Positions 60,023 through 64,000 of a stretch of 64,000 nt of DNA are shown here, in pieces. The number at the start of each line of letters is the position of its first letter. The first letter of the stretch is position 1. The notes below the pieces were generated by a model that was given only the letters and a program-made list of their open reading frames with translations, was not told where the DNA came from and searched no databases. The position numbers were made by a program, and so were the translations under genes. This DNA comes from an uncultured Methanosarcinales archaeon (GTDB lineage Archaea; Halobacteriota; Methanosarcinia; Methanotrichales; Methanotrichaceae), in NCBI GenBank assembly GCA_963843555.1, contig CAWJKV010000014.1, positions 1 through 64,000 of the forward strand, written 5' to 3'.

Positions 60023-60925
60023 ATGAGTTTACCAAAATCAAAGCTGGTGCTGATTTCCATAATCTGCGCGGCCTTATTAGCGGCCATGGCCCTGTTTTAC
60101 TTTACGGATGAAGGAAGCAAGGCGTCAGAGAACATTAAGGTTGTTGAAGATTCCAAGACGGCTCAGAATGCCGTTCCTGTAGACCAGGCAAGCGTGGTGA
60201 AGAGCGACGGGGCTAAACCGATTCTTGTGCCATTGGACAAGGTCAAAGATGCGGATATTCTCCTGGACGTGAGCGAGGATTCCAAAACGCATATCCCAGG
60301 CTCTGTGGTCATTCCCTACACGGAATTCGACATACGAGCGGGTGTTGTAAAGCCCGTTTCTGAAATCGCCAGGATTCTCGGAGACGCCGGAATCTCTCGT
60401 GAGGATTCAGTCTTGATCTACGGCGAATGCCTGCCCTGCGGCGGCGGTCCGTCCGTAGCGACTTACGTCTATTGGATTATGAAGAGTCTGGGTCATGAGA
60501 AGGTTTTGGTTCTCAATGGAACGGTTGAAGATTGGGAGGCAATGGGACGCGATAGTACGAAAGACGCCCGAAAACTCCCTGGCAAAGTCTACACTCCTGC
60601 AGAAACGGCAAATTACACTGCAACCTATCAGTTCGTAAAAAGCGACCAGGCGCAGATTGTTGACGCCAGGACCTTGCAGGAGTTTATGGCCCAAACCATA
60701 CCGGGATCGATCAGCATACCCTATGAAAGCGTGCTGGACGGGAAAAAGATCAAAAGCATGGACGAGTTGAATAAGGTTTTCGCGGCGTTGGACAAAGATA
60801 AGCCGGTGGCGGTTTTCACTTACACGGGTATGAAGGCCTCTGTGGTTTGGTTTGCCCTGAAGATGATGGGATATGATGCCAGGCTCTACAGCTACAAGGA
60901 TTGGATGGAAAATGAACAATCTTAA
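60023..60925 (+). CDS. Exported tandem rhodanese-domain protein 3 (paralog of 48970)
   Basis: N-terminal TM; YGECLPCGGGPSVATY; FTYTG loop. Confidence 0.85.
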   Translation: MSLPKSKLVLISIICAALLAAMALFYFTDEGSKASENIKVVEDSKTAQNAVPVDQASVVKSDGAKPILVPLDKVKDADILLDVSEDSKTHIPGSVVIPYTEFDIRAGVVKPVSEIARILGDAGISREDSVLIYGECLPCGGGPSVATYVYWIMKSLGHEKVLVLNGTVEDWEAMGRDSTKDARKLPGKVYTPAETANYTATYQFVKSDQAQIVDARTLQEFMAQTIPGSISIPYESVLDGKKIKSMDELNKVFAALDKDKPVAVFTYTGMKASVVWFALKMMGYDARLYSYKDWMENEQS

Positions 60926-60949
60926 AAGATATTACATCTCGATCCTGCT

Positions 60950-61312
60950 CTATTCAGATCTAAATACGGAAGCTGTATTCTGAGCTCCACAAGTTTTCTT
61001 TTTAGCCAGATCTTCCATAGACGACAGTTCGGTGCACAAGGACTCACAAAGACTTTGGAATAGGCTCGCTTCTACTTTATTTCCGGGATCACTTAGGGTA
61101 TAGTATATCCATAAACCCTCCCGCCTGGACTTCAAAAGGCCTGCACGACGCAGGATAGCAAGATGACGGGAAGCCTTTGTCTGCGAGATGCCCAGAGCGG
61201 CCTCGATTTGACAGACGCAAAACTCCCTCTTGTAAAGCAAGACTATGAGCCTCAGTCGCGTTTCATCGGAGAGTGCCTTAAATAACTCAACGTATTGTTC
61301 CGTTTGGTTCAT
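60950..61312 (-). CDS. arsR: ArsR regulator 3
   Basis: FKALSDETRL, EFCVCQI, SQTKASRHL; extra C-terminal Cys. Confidence 0.92.
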   Translation of the reverse strand: MNQTEQYVELFKALSDETRLRLIVLLYKREFCVCQIEAALGISQTKASRHLAILRRAGLLKSRREGLWIYYTLSDPGNKVEASLFQSLCESLCTELSSMEDLAKKKTCGAQNTASVFRSE

Positions 61313-61316
61313 CTAT

Positions 61317-61343
61317 TTACATGCAAATATGCGCATATATGAA
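61317..61343. promoter_or_regulatory. Class B operator directly upstream of arsR3
   Basis: Minus strand TTCATATATG-N10-CATGTAA, 4 nt from the ATG. Confidence 0.7.
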
Positions 61344-61392
61344 GCTTTTGGCGTTTTGAAGACGCATTCTCTGTTGGATTCCAGACTCATCT

Positions 61393-61841
61393 TTATTTCC
61401 TAAACGTATGTGATATCCAATCCTTTATCTCATCCCTCACTTGCCGGAAGACCTCAAGCTGCTCCTCCTCAGAGCCTGTGGCCAGGGCAGGATCCTCGAA
61501 GCTTCAGTGAATGACTTCTCTTGCTTTAGGAAATTTGTAGGAAGCTCAAACTCTGTGCTGCAGATCGGGCAGGCCTGTTTGGCCCGGTTGCAGACAGTGA
61601 CTGCCAGTTCAAATACTGTATCCTGAAATTCCATTGAAGACTTGGATTGCTGACCAGAGATATCGATGCCGATTTCCAACATGACCTGCACGGCGCGAGG
61701 ATCGACCGATGCGGCCTCGACTCCGGCGCTGTAAGCCTGGTATCGATCGCCGTACATGGCCCGCAAGAGGCCTTCGGCCATCTGGGAGCGGGCGGAGTTG
61801 TTAGTGCAGAGAACGAGAACCTTCTTCTTATCCTGGTGCAT
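61393..61841 (-). pseudogene. arsC: Thioredoxin-coupled arsenate reductase (LMW-PTP fold), frameshift plus in-frame TGA
   Basis: CTNNSAR (CX5R), TVC..AKQACP; tail PKAREVIH*SFEDP...FRQVRDEI in a shifted frame. Confidence 0.85.
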
Positions 61842-61974
61842 CGCAAGGGATGTCATCCATGTCTCAATGCTCATCAAAATAGATCAGCATTTTGCCCGTT
61901 CTGTTGCAGGAGGATTTTTGCAGTATTCTGGAGGCAGGTTACATTGAAATCCTTCCTTGCATAGACTATTGCAG

Positions 61975-62271
61975 ATGACCTGTGACGAGCAGGAGCTTTA
62001 TGATATCTTGCAAGAGATCGAGGCGCTCTGCACAATGCACGAGCGAATTACGCAGTCCTCCAAGTGCCGGGAGTTCAACCACCGCGCTGCCCTGCTGCTG
62101 CAAAGACTGGAAGACTCTGAATGCGATCGTCTGGCGGATAGGACCATGGACCTTCTGGCATCCTGCAATCCCAAAGACCTCTCTCAATGTGACAGCATCC
62201 AGCGTGCCAGGGATGTTCTGCAGAGGCTGAGGGAGATGGCCAGAGAGAACTTGAAAGAAGAAAAAGATTGA
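61975..62271 (+). CDS. Small helical Cys-containing hypothetical protein
   Basis: MTCDEQELYDILQEIEALC...; charged helical composition. Confidence 0.6.
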   Translation: MTCDEQELYDILQEIEALCTMHERITQSSKCREFNHRAALLLQRLEDSECDRLADRTMDLLASCNPKDLSQCDSIQRARDVLQRLREMARENLKEEKD

Positions 62272-62339
62272 AGAAACCAAATATCGTCTCTCGGCCCACT
62301 TGTCATTCAGGCGTTCTCTGCGTTTCCTGTTGTTATAGT

Positions 62340-63051
62340 TCAGTTTACCTTTGAGACGAATGGATAATGATCGATTGAAGATCCATCATCTATCTTCCTG
62401 GGCAGATCGCAGAATCCATCCTTATCGGTGTCATTGCAGCCTTCCTTTGGCTCGTCGTAATCGCCATAATGGTTTCCTTTCATCTGTTTTCCAGTAAATA
62501 ATTCCAAAAGCCCTTGTATTCCATCTGAGTTCTGGCTGCTGCTATTCCACGAATTGCCACCCTGATCTCTGGCTGCGATTTCATTCCCCCGCAGATCATT
62601 AGATACAAAGATGTTATTGACAGATCCCATCATGACGTATATGCCGTACTTATTCTTGTAGAAGACATTATCAGAGATCGTGTTGTTATTGGATTCAATC
62701 CGTATTCCCGCATTTCTGGAGCAAGCGCATCCGGTAGAGCCGGTCAGATTAAACCCCTTTACCGTAGATCCATTGGCTATCAGGGCGATTGCATTTCCAA
62801 ATCCTTCTGCATCTACAACTGGCAAGCCATCGCCTGTGTCAAGGCCTATTAAGCTTACAGCTTTGACAACTTTGAGCCTTTCCCGATATGTTCCGCTATG
62901 AAACTTCAATGACATCTCCATTACTTGAGTTATCGATGGCCTTCTGGATCTGTGGGTAGTCTTCGTCTAATGGGCCTACAGTAATTTTTACCGCTTGGGC
63001 CAGGTCAATGATCAATATTATTGTTAATATAATTAATAGACTTTTTCGCAT
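62340..63051 (-). CDS. Exported NosD/CASH beta-helix protein 2 (+1 frameshift near 62903)
   Basis: MRKSLLII..signal, KITVGPLDEDYPQIQKAID, then HSGTYRE, TGCAC insert; near-identical DNA to 56990-57240. Confidence 0.8.
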
Positions 63052-63195
63052 AAGTACTCCTCGCATGATACAAAAAAGGATAAATTTGTTCTATTTGAAC
63101 TTTTCTATCGTGTGTCAATTGGGTCAATTGCTTTTCCGATATGGGTATAAGCCCGGCGGGAGGAGTCTTCCTCACCGCGGGACATTTTTTCCACA

Positions 63196-64000
63196 TTACC
63201 ACATCTTGTACCCCAGGTACCTCACCGCATAGACGAGGCCGATCAAGATCACTGCCACTCCGAAGATCTTGGTCACATACTTTCCGGCATAGATGTACTT
63301 CTCGCCGATCTGCCCGCCCACAGCCCTGGAGAAGGTGGAAATGGGAATCACAGGCACGCCATGGCCCAATCCGAAGACGAAGAGCATCAGGCCTCCCACC
63401 AGGGGTGTCACGTCCTGGGAGATGAGCCAGATGAGCACCGGGAAGACCAGGGACACGGCGCAGGGTGCCCAGCCCAGGGCGAAGAAGACGCCCAGGGTGA
63501 AAGCTCCAATGAAGGCCGAATACTCGAAAAGGCCCATGGAGAAGTGAACCAGCCTCTCCATTATGCCCTTCTTTTGCACCGGCGAGTCATCTTCATCAGC
63601 ATCGGCTTTGCGGAAGGAGAAGTGCGACCTGACCGGCTCAATGATCTCGCCGATGGGCTTGATGATATTTATTCCCAGGATGATCATCAAGAGGCCGGCT
63701 GCCAGGTCAAAGAAGCGGGCCTGGCGGATGAAGACGCCGATGTCTGAGAGAAAGAGCCCCAGCACGAAGAAAACCAAGGCCATGCCCAGAGTGAAGGCCA
63801 CCCCGATCATGAAACCCTCTTTGGAGGCCGTTGCTGACTTCTTGAGGTACTCCTCTTTCCGGCGAGCAGTCATGACATAGGAGAACATAGCCAGGAGCAG
63901 AGCCACGGAGCAGGGCGAGAGGGAAGTTACAATTCCCAGGACGAACATGGTCAGGTAGTTCACGCCCTGGCTGGATGCGATTCCTTCGAATCCGGAAGCC
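63196..64000 (-). CDS. ccdA: CcdA-type protein (5' end lies beyond the window)
   Basis: SLSPCS and GWAPCA motifs, FGLGHGVP, six TM helices. Confidence 0.85.
   Translation of the reverse strand, partial: ASGFEGIASSQGVNYLTMFVLGIVTSLSPCSVALLLAMFSYVMTARRKEEYLKKSATASKEGFMIGVAFTLGMALVFFVLGLFLSDIGVFIRQARFFDLAAGLLMIILGINIIKPIGEIIEPVRSHFSFRKADADEDDSPVQKKGIMERLVHFSMGLFEYSAFIGAFTLGVFFALGWAPCAVSLVFPVLIWLISQDVTPLVGGLMLFVFGLGHGVPVIPISTFSRAVGGQIGEKYIYAGKYVTKIFGVAVILIGLVYAVRYLGYKMW

Noticed and set aside
61505..61507. In-frame TGA in arsC as selenocysteine
   Set aside because: It aligns with a conserved Trp, not Cys, and the gene is also frameshifted.
56881..63051. NosD-like genes as evidence of N2O reduction
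   Set aside because: No nosZ, nosF, nosY or nosL; the domain is a generic beta-helix common in methanogen surface proteins.

Overview
Archaeal chromosomal window. The eS1/S3Ae, MptA, KptA and PGF-CTERM genes, TATA promoters and secreted Cys-rich proteins fit a Methanothrix (Methanosaeta)-like methanogen (inference). 1-23 kb: mostly housekeeping (QueD-like/GT4/methyltransferase operon, IS5 and ISAzo13 relics, mtnA/mtnP, rps3ae, mptA, kptA, aroE, tyrA). 23-43.8 kb: accessory, bacterial-looking genes (2925-aa cyclic beta-1,2-glucan synthase, MFS, arylsulfatase, CLC channel, integrase relic). 46.2-64 kb: large arsenic/thiol-redox island (3 arsR, 2 arsP-type permeases, acr3, arsD, arsA, broken arsC, 2 ccdA, thioredoxin-like protein). 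Two candidates for undescribed biology stand out. (1) A ~460-nt, stand-alone, highly base-paired intergenic element at ~5725-6190, with an upstream TATA box, a downstream T-tract and a perfectly tiled four-way junction with a cUUCGg loop; it looks like an unannotated large ncRNA. (2) An exported thiol module in the ars island: three signal-peptide rhodanese-fold proteins that lack the canonical catalytic Cys but share a CLPC motif, two NosD-like CxC proteins, and CcdA. Two ArsR-type operator families are readable by eye. Many genes carry single-base frameshifts, probably in part assembly errors. No CRISPR array, tRNA or rRNA was seen.
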